Assembly (NCBI GenBank): GCA_028534125.1
Contig: CM052816.1
Location: 11,658,001 to 11,722,000, forward strand
Reading direction: 5' to 3'
DNA from: Lama glama
Taxonomy: Eukaryota
Length of the DNA stretch: 64,000 nucleotides
The notes under the pieces were generated by a model, which was not told where the DNA came from, did no database searches, and saw only the letters and a program-made list of their open reading frames with translations. The position numbers and the translations under genes were made by a program. Each line of letters begins with the position of its first letter. Position 1 is the stretch's first letter. Positions 24,150 to 37,029 of this stretch are shown in pieces.

Positions 24150-26915
24150 ATTTTATTAATTAAAAAATGCTATCTCCAGTGGAGGTGTTAGTTCAGACGA
24201 CCTAGCCTCACATTAATAGATGTGGCAGCTTCCACTGTTACCTCTTCAAACTTTTCTTCTGTTTATTCTTTCATTTTGGGGGGGAGGATTCTAATTAGAC
24301 ATTTCAGACCTCCTCAGTCTACCTTGAATATCTTGTAACCTCTCCTCCATAGATTCCATCTCTTTTTCTCTCTGTGTTGTAATCTGTGAAATGTATTTGT
24401 TTAGTTCTGTCTTCTAGTATTTCAGTGCTTCCATCAGTGTTTCTAATTTGCAGTGACAACCTTCTAAATTTTTATTTCAAAGTTGTATTTTTCATTCTTT
24501 AAAACACAAGCACCAAATTTTTTTTAAACGTTCCATTTTTGTTTCTTTAAACATTTCACACATAGTTATTTATAGTATGATTCCATTTCTGAAGTCCTTG
24601 GTGGCCTGTTGGTTTGTTTCTTCTGGTGGTTTATTCCCTTGTGTGTTTGTTGATCCTTGATTGTCAATTCAATTTTGATGATCATTAGCCTGTGGTAAAC
24701 TTGGTAGTCTAAATTAAGAGTTTTTTCTCCAATGAGAAATTATTCTTGATTCTGCTAAAAGCCAGAGAGGGCTATTGAACAGGGATCACTTTATTCCCAG
24801 TCTAGTATCCTTGACTTTACATGTGAGTCTCAGATTCAGTTTTTCATTCTGTTTTGTTTGTTTTTTTCTTCCAATTTTATTAAAATAAAATTGACACACA
24901 GCACTGTATAAGTTTAAGATGTACAGCATAATGCTTTGACTTACATACATCATGAAACATACCACAATATATCTAGTGAGCATCCATCATCTCATATAGA
25001 TATGAAATTAAAGAAATGGAAAAGTTTTTTTCCTTGTGATGAGAACTCTTAGAATTTATTCTCTTAATAACTTTCATACATAATATACAGCAGTATTAAT
25101 TATATTTATTATATTGTATGTTTCATCTCTAGTACTTGTCTTATGACTGGAAGTTTACACATTTTGACTGCCTTCACCCAGTTTCCCCTCTCCCCTACCC
25201 ATACCTCTAGTGGCCACAAATCTGATCTCTTTTTCTGAGTTTGTTTTTGAAGTTTAATTGATCTAAAATACTATGTTAGTTCCTGCTATGCAACATCATG
25301 ATTCAGTGTTTCTATACATTTCAAAATGATCACCACCAGTCTAGTACTACCTGTCACCATACAAAGCTACTACGTATTTATTGGCTATCTTCTCCACACT
25401 CTACTTTTCATACCCATGACTCATTTATTTTGCTACCGGAGTTTTGTACTTCCTCTTATTCGCCTGTTTCTCTCTTCCCCTGGCTGTCCTATCTGGAAAC
25501 CACTCGTTTGTTCTTTGTGTCTGTCAGTGTTTTCCTGTGTTTGTTCATTTGTTTTCTAGGTTTTGCATATAAGTCAAATCATGCAGTATTTGTCTTTCTT
25601 TGTGTAACTTATTTCACTTGGCATAATATGCTCTAGGTTCATCTGTGTTGTCACACATGACAAGGTTTCATTCTTTTTTATGGCTGAGTAATACTCTGTT
25701 TTATATATATATATATATATATTCCACTTTTTTATCATTTATCTATTGGTAGACACTTAGTTTGCTTCTGTATCTTGGCTATTGTAAATAAAACTTCAAT
25801 GAATATGAGGATGCATGTATTTATTCTAATTACTGTTTTCATTTTCTTCAGGTAAACACTCAGGAGTAGAATTGTGGGATTACATGGTATTTCTATTTTT
25901 AATTTTTTGAGGAATCTCCATACTGTTTTCCATAGTGGCTACACCAGTTTACATCCCCACCAGCAGTGCATGAGGGTTCTCTTTTTCCACATCTTCGCCA
26001 AAATTTGTTATTTGCTGTCTTTTTGATAATAGCTATTCTGACAGGCGTGAAGTGATATCTTAATTGTGGTTTAGATTTGCATTTCCCTCATAGAGATGTT
26101 GAGCATTTTTTCATGTGTTTATTGGCCATCTGTATGTCTTCTTTGGAGAAACGTCCCTTCGTCTCTTCTGCCCATTTTAAATCAGGTTGTTTTGTTTTTT
26201 TCTTCCCCCCTGTTGAATTGTGTGAGGTTTGTTGTTTTGTTCTTTTGTTCTTTGTTTTTGGGTTTTTTTTGGATATTTTGGGTGCTAACCTCCTATCGGA
26301 TATGTAGTTTGCAAATACCTTCTCCTGTTCATTAGGTGGCCTTTTTGTTTTATAGATACTTGCTTTTACTGTGCAAATGGCTTTTAGTTTGATGTAGTCC
26401 TATCTGTTTATTTTTGCTTTGGTTTCCCTTATCTGAAGAGACATAACCAAAAAGTATTGCCAAGACCAGTGTCCGAGAATTTACTGCCTGTGTTGTCTTC
26501 TGGAAGTTTTATGGTTTCAGGTCTTACATTTAAGTCTTTAATCCATTTTGAATTTATTCTTGTGCATGGTACAGGAAAGTAGTTCACTTTGGTTCTTCTG
26601 TGTGTAGCTGTCTGGTTTTTCCAGCACCATTTATCAGATTCAGTTTTTTTTATTTTTAACCTTGCTTCTGGGTCAAAGTTTGGTATCACCAGCGCAGCTG
26701 TGATATAAATTATCTTCTCAGAGCAACCCATGGTTTTTGGATGTGCTTACTGTTCACTGCTATGGGATCAGCACACTTTCCTCTTGTTACGGAAATAGAG
26801 ATTTCTTATTTTCTAGAATTATAACAATGCAATAAAAATGGGATTTTTACCAAGGTCTAGTTGTTTTGTCATGCAAAAGGCCTTCAGAGCACCTAGTGTG
26901 ACATAGAGGAAGAAG
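24150..26915 (-). mobile_element. HAL1/L1M-like ancient element split by the L1 at 24845
   Basis: ccatctctttttctctctgtgttg...tttttatttcaaagttgtatttttcattc; right part ends ctagttgttttg...ttcagagcacctagtgtgacata, resembling a HAL1 5' end. Confidence 0.5.
24845..26633 (-). mobile_element. 5'-truncated cetartiodactyl-type L1
   Basis: ORF2 fragment INSKWIKDLNVRPETIKL; long 3'UTR; perfect 15-nt TSD tcagattcagttttt at 24830-24844 and 26634-26648. Confidence 0.93.
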
Positions 26916-27184
26916 CAGCAACTCTATTAAAAATGTTTAATTCTATTGCATTGAAGCTACATGGTGAAAACAAGATTTATTAGATGAAAATGTTAACTTC
27001 ACTAACTATTCTGAAAGCTAAAGTTGAATAAAGATCTATGTTCTTTTGGTTATTTAGACTCTGTGTTTGTAAGAACTTTAAAAATGTCACAGACAACAAC
27101 GTACATTTCTTTGTGAGCCCCCAGACTTGTTCACAACAGAGACACGTTGTGCTGGTGCTATATGTTGAAACTGATTGCTAGATA

Positions 27185-27378
27185 AATAGATTTTGAATTT
27201 ACTGCACATTAGAAATACATAGGAGGACTTTTTAAAACACGAATTTCTTAAACCTAAGCCAAATCTGCTCAGTCAGATTCTTGGATATTGGGGAACAGGG
27301 GAAGTGGAACCCAGGCATCTACATTTTGAATAAGCTACTAAGTTATTCTAATGTACAGCCAGGTTTAGGAACCATTTA
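27185..27378. mobile_element. MER5-family hAT-Charlie element
   Basis: ctgcacattagaaatacataggagg...cccaggcatctacattttgaataagct...ttctaatgtacagccaggtttaggaacca. Confidence 0.75.
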
Positions 27379-27449
27379 TCTAGAAAATGTCTGCTTTGCT
27401 TTTGCCACCAAGGGATATTTTAAGGTTTCTTTGCTGAAGTTCATTTGTC

Positions 27450-27570
27450 AGTCCATTCATTTGCTCATTCTTTTTTGCCTCCTATATTTACTGAGCACAT
27501 ACCAAGTGCTATGGGGAACATAAGATTAATAAGACATCTTCAAGGATTTTATAGTCTGTATAGTAGAATT
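27450..27570 (-). mobile_element. L2 3' end
   Basis: cattcatttgctcattc...atatttactgagcacataccaagtgctatgggg. Confidence 0.6.
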
Positions 27571-28289
27571 TGGCATGCACTGGAATATCCTGTATATTTG
27601 CAATATCGTAAGCAAAAGACAGAGTGCAGTGATGAGAAGGGAGTGACCCTGGAAATTTCTCCAGTATTTATTAGGCCCTTTGGCCAAGATATGAAGTTGA
27701 GACCTTCATGGATACCAAAAGCCTAAAGAGAGGAAAATCAAAAGAAACACAGAAAAATGGAGTCTTCTGAGGCCTTGGGGTCAGTTGAGCAGAGATTTAA
27801 TGAACAGAACAAAAGAATTTTCTTTCTGCTGATTTAACCAGATGTTTCAATTCTCTGGAATTTTAAGGGTATAAACAGTATTTTCTATCTTCCTAGAGTT
27901 TGCTAAATAACTGCTAAAAATGGCTTTCAGCCTTGAATGGCTGTGTGGTAATAGAACCGTCAGGGGTGGAAATATGACTTCCTGCCAATAAATATTTACT
28001 ACTAAGGTTTGGATTTATGGCAGCAAGTTACCATCTCCATGTTGATGCTCTGATAGTAAGTTAATGACCACCTCAGCTGCACTTTCAGTCCCATAACTAT
28101 CTCACTTCATCATTAGTTGGAAAGGGTAACAATCTATAGGCTGAATCAAGCTTTGACATGGAGCCGGAAGAGGAAAAGAACAAGGAAGGGAAATTTTGTT
28201 GCCTTTGAGACATATGGTTGCAGCTTATTGGCTGTTGTAGACCCGGGGTGCTAATGACTCTTTCAGCTTTTAGTTTAATGGACACCTTC

Positions 28290-28550
28290 ATTGTACTCTT
28301 TCCTACCGCTATCATGGAGAAAACCCCTCATTATTTTCTGTCATCACACCCTGCTGTTCCCTTCATGACTCTTATCACAGGGTGTAATGATACATGTATT
28401 TTTTTTTTCTTGTTTACTGTGTATCTCTCTTACTAGAATGTAGCAATTTGAGAGAATATATTTTGTCTGCTTAGTTCATCCTTGTATCTCCAGAGCCTAG
28501 AAACGTCAGGAACATGAAGTGCTTGTTAAGTACTGGCTGAATAAACGAAG
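28290..28550 (+). mobile_element. L2 3' end
   Basis: cttgtttactgtgtatctctcttactagaatgta...gtatctccagagcctagaa...tggctgaataaacgaa. Confidence 0.78.
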
Positions 28551-28714
28551 TGCTGCAGCAGTGTGGAATACTGAATTAGAGTCTGGTGAAATCAATACAA
28601 ATTCATACCAAAATTACTCATTCATTTCACTTCATAAGTTACCTCCCTTTACATTTTTTTGGATGCAAATTAGTACATATATTTCAGTTACCCCCTTTCT
28701 TTGTTATAGCGGGG

Positions 28715-29380
28715 AAGTTATCTCTTAGCTGGCTTCTGATTGTCTCTGCTTGCAATCCATCCTCAACACGGATGCCAGACCAGCTTCTCTAGAACAGACT
28801 ATCCTGTCATGCCGCTACTCAAGGCAGTCAGCAGCATCATCAACAGACTGTTTAGACACTACTATAAAATATTCATTAGTGTGCTTCCTCCACTGTCATT
28901 TCAGCTTTCTTCTCCAACCTTACCCCTTATTCTCCCTTGATGAAAAGTCCACTTGACTCACAGTTGCAAACCTCTCTTGTCCCACCGCCCCTTGCTTCCT
29001 TCAGACACATCATGAAGATTTCCACTTGATCTTATGGTTCCTCCTGATTGGAATGACATGTATCTTTCACTCTCTTGAAATCCCATCTATCTAAAAATTC
29101 AACTTTTGATGAAGACTTCCCGATCAATCTAGCCCATAAGATTGTTCTTTCCTCCTTATTACCCAAAGCTCAAATATCCCTTTACTTTCCCTGGTAGCAT
29201 CCTATGTTCATTATCTGACTTTGATACATAAATTTTCTTGTATATATAATTTACACATGAAAGCAGATTTTTAATCCCCACGTCAGACCCCTCTGTATTC
29301 CCCTTGGGTCCTTACTTAGTGCTGTTCATAGGGTGGATACTCAAAAAGTAACTGCTAAATGAATAAATGAGTCAATTAAT
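28715..29380 (+). mobile_element. L2 fragment
   Basis: caatccatcctcaacacggatgccaga...tactcaaaaagtaactgctaaatgaataaatgag. Confidence 0.62.
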
Positions 29381-29929
29381 AAATAAGTCTTTTCTCTAAT
29401 GTAAAATAAAGAGAACAATTGCATTTAACCTTATGGGAAAAATAAATAAGTAAATAAGTCTTATGAGAAGAGTGTGTTAAAAGAGGGATCTAAATCGGGC
29501 CAGTCAGATAACTTTCATCTCCTCTTCTGAGAGTGACTGGTTGATACTGGATTCTTGGGGCACCAGGGAGGTGAGAATTCTTGGCTCAGCAAGAAGAATA
29601 CCGTTTGGGCTTGCATGTCCAGATGAGGCATAGCAAGTCATAGGTTGCATGCCACAAGTCCACAAGTTCATGTAAAGTGTGTGACATTGCCTTGTTTGTA
29701 GGTGAAAATGGTAATATATTGGCTGCTTCATATTGGTCAACCTCATCCTTGCTGATCTTGAATTTTAGATTATTCCAAATTGATTTTTTTTTCCTACCAT
29801 GTGAAAATCTTGTTGACCCCTTCTGTTAGAAGTCATGTCAGTGAAGTAATTCATTGTTCATCGATCATCACATAGGTGGCAAATACCCAGTTCAGTTAGG
29901 CGGTGTAGCTACCACTAGACATGGCTTGA

Positions 29930-30072
29930 TTTTGTTTCTTTTTGGAGGGGGAAGTGTACAGGAGGAAGTAATTAGATTTATTTACTCAATTTAATTGCAA
30001 TATTGGGGATTGAACCTAGGACCTTATGCTTCTTAAGCTCACACTCTACCACTGAGCCATAGCCTCTTTCCC
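29930..30072 (-). mobile_element. Vic-1-type camelid SINE, long-tail form
   Basis: ggggattgaacctaggacc...ctctaccactgagccata, with tail gaagtaattagatttattt. Perfect 15-nt TSD ctagacatggcttga at 29915-29929 and 30073-30087. Confidence 0.92.
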
Positions 30073-31689
30073 CTAGACATGGCTTGAAATCTACGCACAT
30101 GAAAGACTGAGGACTACCCTTTCTTTCTTTTTTTGTTTTTCGTTTTTTGTTTGTTTGTTTCTAAAAGCTATGACTGCCTTTTCTAAGGAGAGTAAGTGAA
30201 AATCAGTATTCTGGTACTGAATGATAGTATATTAAAGTACGTTCAGTTGCTCACGCATAGGCTAACTTGTTTATTTAATGTTATTTATAGGAGTCTTTTA
30301 AGTTAATAGTATACCACAGATTTTATTAGATCTAGGCGTCTTTGATCAAAATGCAGCTATTTACTTTTTATGTCAATATTTGGTCTTGTAGTAATATCGG
30401 TTTCTAATTACTTATGTTCAGCAAGGTTAACTCTACTAATGTGCTTATGTTTTCTGCTATGTAGTATTTTTTGACCATATGGAGGCTGTAATTTGCACTG
30501 AGTGTTTGCCATCCATCTTCTCAATGGACTACGGAACAGTGACAAATGACTCATGATTGAGGGAAGAAATGTTGGGGCTCAAACTGGAACAAGGCACTAA
30601 TGAGGAGCTGCTTTGGTTCAAAATATTTTCAAGCTAGATATTAGATGTGCAGACACATTTGTAAGTTGTTGAGCACCTTACTTTCTGTTTTGTTTACATC
30701 TCCGTTTTGAAAACTTCTCTTAAAGTCAGGACTTTATGTCATGGACTAATTCTGATGTTTAGTTAGTTCTGGCTGTCTAGAGGTCTTTGCTGAGAAGCCT
30801 GAGGGTTTGTCTGGAGAAAGTGCTTTGCATTTGTTAATTCTGAATAGTTAGTGGCTTACTGTAGGTAGGAAGGCTTGGTTTTAGAGTTTGAACGGGAGGA
30901 AAAACAAAAGCTTGGTTTTCAAATGAGGAGAATTGGATTTCTGAGTTAGAAGAACAAGAATCTACCAATATTTCAGTTGAGCTTTGGTCTGGTGGAAACA
31001 CCCAGAACTGTGATTCTAAGGCTTTCCTTCTAAGATAGATGGCAACTCTAGTTAGTATATCCTTATGCTTACTGTCTGTAAAAGAGAGACAAAATTGTAT
31101 TACTTTTCCTTTTGTGCACTAATAACCTCCCTTCAGGTAAACTTACCCAAAGAAGGGAGTGTGGACCATCTAAATAAAGCAAATAAGTAATTCAGACCAG
31201 GGGAATTATGTTTGTAATCGTTTTGATATTTCCATGTGTGAGTTTTCTTTCTCCTTCCATTTCTTCTTTCCTTGTTGTCTTTTCCTTTCATTTTTCAGAG
31301 CTCAAATGGACTTTTGAATAGAGGGTGAGAGAAGGAGTATTGGAAAAGGCTCATTAACAGCTTCATTTTATCAGAATTAATCTTTTAGGACTACTGAATC
31401 TTTTAGGCATATCCAGGGTGACGTGAAGGACGTATATTGAGAAGATATATACATAAGCATTAGAAAATGGGGGAAAACAAAAAATTTATTACGATACAAA
31501 TTATTAATACTTTTACTATCTTGAAAAAAGAGCACAACTTTGATGCCATTTGTTTTCTAGGGAGGGTCGAGACATTAGATGAATCTGATGTATAAATGAT
31601 CTGCATTTAGGGGGAAGGCGAGAGTAACTTGTAAAACCTGAAGATCCAAGAAGGGAAGAAGGGTTTGATAATCTGAAGTCTTATTTTTA

Positions 31690-31800
31690 TGCAAGAGTCT
31701 GAGCTCATTAAGGGCCAGGATGTGTCTTACATTATGATACTGGCTTCTAGTCCATTGCCTGGCACTGTGAAGTGTTAAGTGAGAACTTGTTGAATTAATG
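31690..31800 (+). mobile_element. L2 3' end
   Basis: tgagctcattaagggccaggatgtgtctt...tgcctggcactgtg...ttgttgaattaatg. Confidence 0.65.
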
Positions 31801-32099
31801 GTTGGGTAGGTGGATCATGGATCTGGCCAGGATAGAGCCCTGCAGCTTCTGCAATTTGATTCATGTTGTCTGTGAGGACTTCTGGCTCTTTGATTTGCTG
31901 TTTTGAGCCTACAGTCCACATTGACCTCTTCCCTTTGAACACAAAGGCTTGAAAATACTTTTCTTTCTTGGTGTCATAATCAATGAACCTGTCATAGGAA
32001 GGCTGTGCCCAAGGAATAAATGGTACAAAGAGTGACATGGTTGACATGTGATGTCCCACTTACTGACTCTGGTTTTGAACTTACGTGTGTATGACTCTT

Positions 32100-32300
32100 A
32101 AACTTTACTACTTGTTGAACTAATATATGTTCACTATTTTAGAAAATACAAATAATCAAAACCTCAAATTACTCATAACCTTATCACCTAGAGACAATAA
32201 CTCAATATTGTGGTGCATACCTTTACAGATTTTCTTGCTATTCACTTAAATGTATATCTATTTAATGAACATGTTACAAAATATTTCCTTTTTATACTTT
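32100..32300 (-). mobile_element. Ancient L1 (L1ME-like) 3' end
   Basis: ttagaaaatacaaataatc...ctcataaccttatcacctagagacaataac. Confidence 0.55.
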
Positions 32301-32584
32301 TTTTTTGAAGTGAGTGAGCACAATTCTTCAAGGCAAATTGGGATCAGAAAACCAATCAAATGTAAGCCACATTTCTTTAGTAAGAAAAATGTTACTGTTA
32401 TTATTAATGCATCATAAACTAGATATATACTGACTGACTCTAAATAAAACATAATTCTGCTTATCAGTTGGTACAGATGAAAAAAGGTAAATTCATTGTT
32501 AGTATGGATATGGGGAATAGGCATACCCATGCTCTATTTGTAGGATTTAACATGGGTACAGTTTTTCTGGAAATTACAATTTAT

Positions 32585-34180
32585 ATATTTAACTTTTATT
32601 TTGGAAAATTTCAAGCATATACAAAAGTAGAGAGAATGTCATAGTAAATTTGTGTTATCCATCACTCCAGGTTCAGAAATTAGAAGCTCACAACTGTTCT
32701 TGTTTCATTTATATCCTTACTAGTCAATACTCCCAGTTATTTTGAAGCAAATCTTGTATATTTTTTCATTCATAAATATTACAGTATTATATCCAAAAGA
32801 TAAGGATAACAATACAATGTATTAAAAAATAAATCACATCATTATCAAATCTAAATATTTTAAGACTAATTTCTTAATATCATTAGTTTGAAGCTTCCCA
32901 CATTACCTCATTTTGTTTTCTACAATTTAAATCAGGATCCAAGTAACATTGTAATTAGATGATATGTGTCAAGTCTCTCTTAATTGATGAGTTTATCTGC
33001 CATCTCTTTTTTTCCATATCAATTTTGGGTTGAGGAAACCAGGTGTTTTTCTAAGATTTCTATGGTTTTTTTGGGGTGTTTATTTATTGAGGTATAGTCA
33101 GTTTACAATGTGTCAGTTTCTGGTGTACAGCATAATGCTTCAGTCATCATGTACAGAAACACATTCATTTTCATATCCTTTTTCAACTTGAGTTACTATA
33201 AGATATTGATTATAGTTTCCAATTTCCATGTTTTGAATTTTGCTGATTCCAACCCAAGTTATTAACTATTTGATTATTCTGAGATACGGTTTATATGTTA
33301 AAGGGAAAATATGTGCTTTCTTCCTAACTTTTTTCTTCCTCTAATTTTTGTTTTTCTTTCTATTAGTTTTCAGTCTGAGTTGGTTTTTAGCATCCAAAAG
33401 TTGCCTATGATTTGCTTTTTTAATCTCATAAATTTATGGATTAAAATTACTATGTTTAATTTACTGCAGTTATGAATCTAACTGTAGTTATGATTCAGAT
33501 TACCTCAGCTTGGGCCAATGGTTTCCTGTTAGAACTGGCTTCTGGGATTTTTTGATGTGACCCGTGAAGATTTTCAAAGGTTCCTTGATGATAAGATGTT
33601 ACAGGCTCATCTTAGAGATTTTCTATCAGATTTCCTATCACAGAGTTGTGTTGAGCCATTTCTCTGAGGAGCCTTGACTCTCCTTTACATTGAAAATAGT
33701 ATTTAGGAACCCAGTTTGGGTATTAGGGGTGCTCTTTGCTGCCAAGTTCATCCTCATTTTCTGTAGACAAAGCTAGAAATATGATTTTTTTTAAAAAAAC
33801 ATACATCATTAATTATACTGATACTTGTAATATAAGATAAAGACTGTAGGATTTTGACTTTACATTATCAATCTTCTATCCAGGTCCTTTGTCCTGCACT
33901 GAACATCTCAGCTCTCAAGAACACCAGCATAGTTACTGCTTTGCTTAATCTTGCAGTACATTCACAATAGTCTCAGAATAAGAATACCAACACTGCTGCC
34001 AACAACCTGATTACTAAAATTAAATTCCATTTTCAAATCTTTCCTTTCTTAAGGTATATCCCACTTGGAAGTTATAGTTAGATTACTAGTTTTTATAGGC
34101 TACTTGGACTGGTTATTTTCTGTATTGTTAAGCCACAACTCAAAACATAGTTAGCTTAATTTGTTTCACTTTTCTCTTAG
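32585..34180 (-). mobile_element. Ancient L1 3' region (L1MC4/5-like)
   Basis: ttattttggaaaatttcaagcatatacaaaagtagagagaat...ttattttgaagcaaatc...tgttacaggctcatctt...gccatttctctgaggagcc; same family as the element at 6805. Confidence 0.75.
33066..33221 (-). mobile_element. Very short camelid-type L1 3' tip
   Basis: attgaggtatagtcagtttacaatgtgtcagtttctggtgtacagcataatg. Imperfect TSD atttctatggttt / atttccatgtttt. Confidence 0.88.
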
Positions 34181-34279
34181 AGGCAAAGGAGATGGAGGGA
34201 AAGGTTTTGAGTGTCAGAGTAAACGCTCACATGAGCATTAGTAAGGTGAGTCAGTGGCTTAGCCAAATGACTCTGTTAA

Positions 34280-34427
34280 TTATAACCAATACTTTGTAAT
34301 AACTTTAATTGTGGTGTAATCTATAAAAGTTTTGAATCGTTATGTTGTACACCTGAAACAAATATAATATTGTAAAGCAACTCTGCCTCAATTAAAAAAA
34401 AGAAAATAAAGAGCCACCCTCAAACCT
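34280..34427 (+). mobile_element. Short L1 3' tip with decayed A-tail
   Basis: tatgttgtacacctgaaacaaatataatattgtaaagcaact...caattaaaaaaa. 16-nt TSD caaatgactctg(t/g)taa at 34264-34279 and 34428-34443. Confidence 0.88.
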
Positions 34428-35590
34428 CAAATGACTCTGGTAAGGAATGGGTTTTCTGGGAGGGTCCCTCACACAGCAGGCTTTTCTACCATAGAGTCTT
34501 TGATTTAGTGTGTGATATTTATGATTTTGCTGTAGGAAAAAACTCTCAAGAGCTTTTGAGTAATCAGTGAGGCCTGAGCACTTTTTCAGTTGAAGTGCCC
34601 TGAAATCAATGCCACAGTGCTGCCCTGAACATACTAATTTCATTCCAACATTCAAATTACACAGATAATTTCTCTCCACAGTCCACTTCGCCTAGAAATT
34701 GCTGAATTTTTACTTCCTTTTTTGTAGTATGAAATGGTCTCTTCTTCAGTGGAAGAAAATATTTGAAATTTTGCTTTATTATTCTCATCACTGTATTTTG
34801 ATATGGATAATAATTTACAAGCTTTTTTTTTTTCCTAATAGAGCCAGTGTTAGCTGTGATGATATAACCAAATCAATGTGGACCTCAAATTCTTATTTGG
34901 ATAAGAAGCAAGTTGATCTTTTCAGATTTAAGAATCCTTGCTTTTATAGGCTTGGGCATCTGGTGGTTTCCTATAGTCTTAGAAGAACACTGAACATATT
35001 CAATATTCTCATCATTTGTAAAAGTGTCAGTTCTTTCCTAATGTATTCATGGCTTAATTTAATGTCGGTGTTTTCTTCAGGGTAGGAATATAAAATGAGA
35101 TATAGGTGAGGTAAGGAATCTCACAAACCGATTCTAAAGATTATCTGGAATAATAAACAAAGGTAATTTTAAAAAGGAATAGAAGAAGAGAATTTGTCCA
35201 ACAAAACTAAGTTTTTTTTTTAGAGTTGTAATAGTTTAGGAAGACTGGTAGAAATTCAAGTGCAGACTGATTTATTGATGAAATTTCTGAAATTATTTAT
35301 TTTAATAGATATTTATTGATTATATACCATGTTCTAGGCTCAGAGAATATAGTAGTAACCCAAACAGACAAGGTTCAGTTTTTCTGGAGTTTCTGTATTA
35401 GTAAATGAAATAATCAATAAGCAAACACATAAATAAATAAGCAAATATTAGGTTATGATGAATACTATGAAGAAAGTAAAATAATGCAAAAGAAAGAGTA
35501 TATCTGAGTGCCTGAGTGGTGATTTTCATTGGGTGATCAGAAAGGATCCCTTGTGGAAGTGACTTTTGGAAGAGAGACCAGAGTGAGAAT

Positions 35591-35913
35591 AAACTGTTGA
35601 AAATTTTTACTATGAATGGGTATTGAATTTTCTCAGATGCGTTTTCTGCATCTATTGAGATGATTATGAAACTTTTATCCTTTGATTTGTTAATGTGGTA
35701 TATCATATTGATTGATTTGCAGATACTGAACCATCCTTGCATCCCTGGAATAAATCATACTTGACCATGATGTACGATCCTTTTAATTTCTGAATTTGGT
35801 TTTCCAGTATTTGTTGAGGATTTTTGGGGTCTATGTTCATCAGGGATATTAGCCTGTAACTTTCTTTTTCGGTGGTGTCTTTGGTTCTGGTATCAAGGTA
35901 CTGCTGTTGATGA
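35591..35913 (-). mobile_element. L1 ORF2 RT-domain fragment, inverted relative to the adjacent 3' end
   Basis: Translates as [44 protein letters not shown]. Confidence 0.9.
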
Positions 35914-35914
35914 G

Positions 35915-36260
35915 CTGTGTATTCTTACTTATATGTGGAACCTGAAAAAATGAAACAAATGAAAAAATATAACAAAACAGATACAGATTCATAGATACAG
36001 AGAATAAACAACAACAAGTGTTTGCCAGAGTTGGGGGAGGGTGAAGGGATGGGAGAAATAGTTTGAAGGTGATTAAGAGGTATAAACTACCAGTTATAAA
36101 ATAAATAAATCACAGGGATATAATTTATACAGTACAGGGAATAATCAATAATATTTTAGTAACTTTGCATAATCTATAAAAATACTGAATCACTGTTGTA
36201 CACCTGAGACTAATATAATATTATAGGTCAACTATACTTTAATGGAGAAAAAAAAAAAAA
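35915..36260 (+). mobile_element. L1 3' end with A-tail
   Basis: cttatatgtggaacctgaaaaaatgaaacaaatgaa...tgtacacctgagactaatataatatt...aaaaaaaaaaaaa. Confidence 0.9.
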
Positions 36261-36315
36261 GAAACCATCTGATAACCTGTAGGATTGTAGAGACCTGTTA
36301 AGTGTGATTCAAAAC

Positions 36316-37005
36316 TCCCTGAGCATATATCTAGAAAAGACAATACATGTACCCCAATGTTCATAGTAGCACTATTTACAGTAGCCAAGACATGGAAGCA
36401 ACCTAAATGTTCATCGATAGATGAATGAATAAATAAGATGTGGTATATATACACAATGGCATGTTACTCAACCATAAAGAAGAATGAAATAATGCCATTT
36501 GCAGCAACATGGATAGATGTAGAGATTATCACACTAAGTGAAGTAAGTCGGAAACACAAATATCAGTTATATGTGGAATCTGAAAAATGATATCACTTAC
36601 ATGTGGAATCTGAAAAATGATATCACTTATATGTGGAATCTGAAAAATGATGTCACTTATATGTGGACTTTGAAAAATGATACAAATGAACTTATTTACA
36701 AACCAGTAATAGACACAGAAAACAAATTTATGGTTACCAAAGGGGAAAGTGGGAAGGAGGAATAAATTATAAGTATGAGATTAACAGACACACACTATTA
36801 TATATAAAATAGATAAACAACATGGACCTACTGTATAGCACAGGAAACTATATTCAATATTTTATAATAACCTATAATGGAAAAGAATTTGAAATAGAAT
36901 ATAAATAAATAAACATATATATATATATAAAACTGAATTACTTTGCTGTACACCTGAAACTAACACAACATTGTAAATCAACTATACTTCAATTAAAAAA
37001 ATAAG
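36316..37005 (+). mobile_element. 5'-truncated cetartiodactyl/camelid L1
   Basis: catgtaccccaatgttcatagtagcactatttacagtagccaagacatggaagcaacctaaatg...caactatacttcaattaaaaaa. Possible TSD aaaactccct / aaaatctccct. Confidence 0.92.
36561..36680 (+). repeat. 30-bp minisatellite, four copies, inside the L1
   Basis: Units of tatcacttatatgtggaatctgaaaaatga start at 36561, 36591, 36621 and 36651. Confidence 0.97.
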
Positions 37006-37029
37006 AACAAAAAATCTCCCTCCATAATC

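Larger units (their letters stand above)
35290..36290 (-). mobile_element. L2 3' region (35290-35590 and ~36261-36290) split by an L1 block
   Basis: atatttattgattatataccatgttctagg...ggaagtgacttttggaagagagacc; resumes as gaaaccatctgataacctg. Confidence 0.7.

Noticed and set aside
36571..36765. ORF with repeated MWNLKNDITY motif
   Set aside because: Product of a 30-bp tandem expansion inside an L1 3' region, not a gene.
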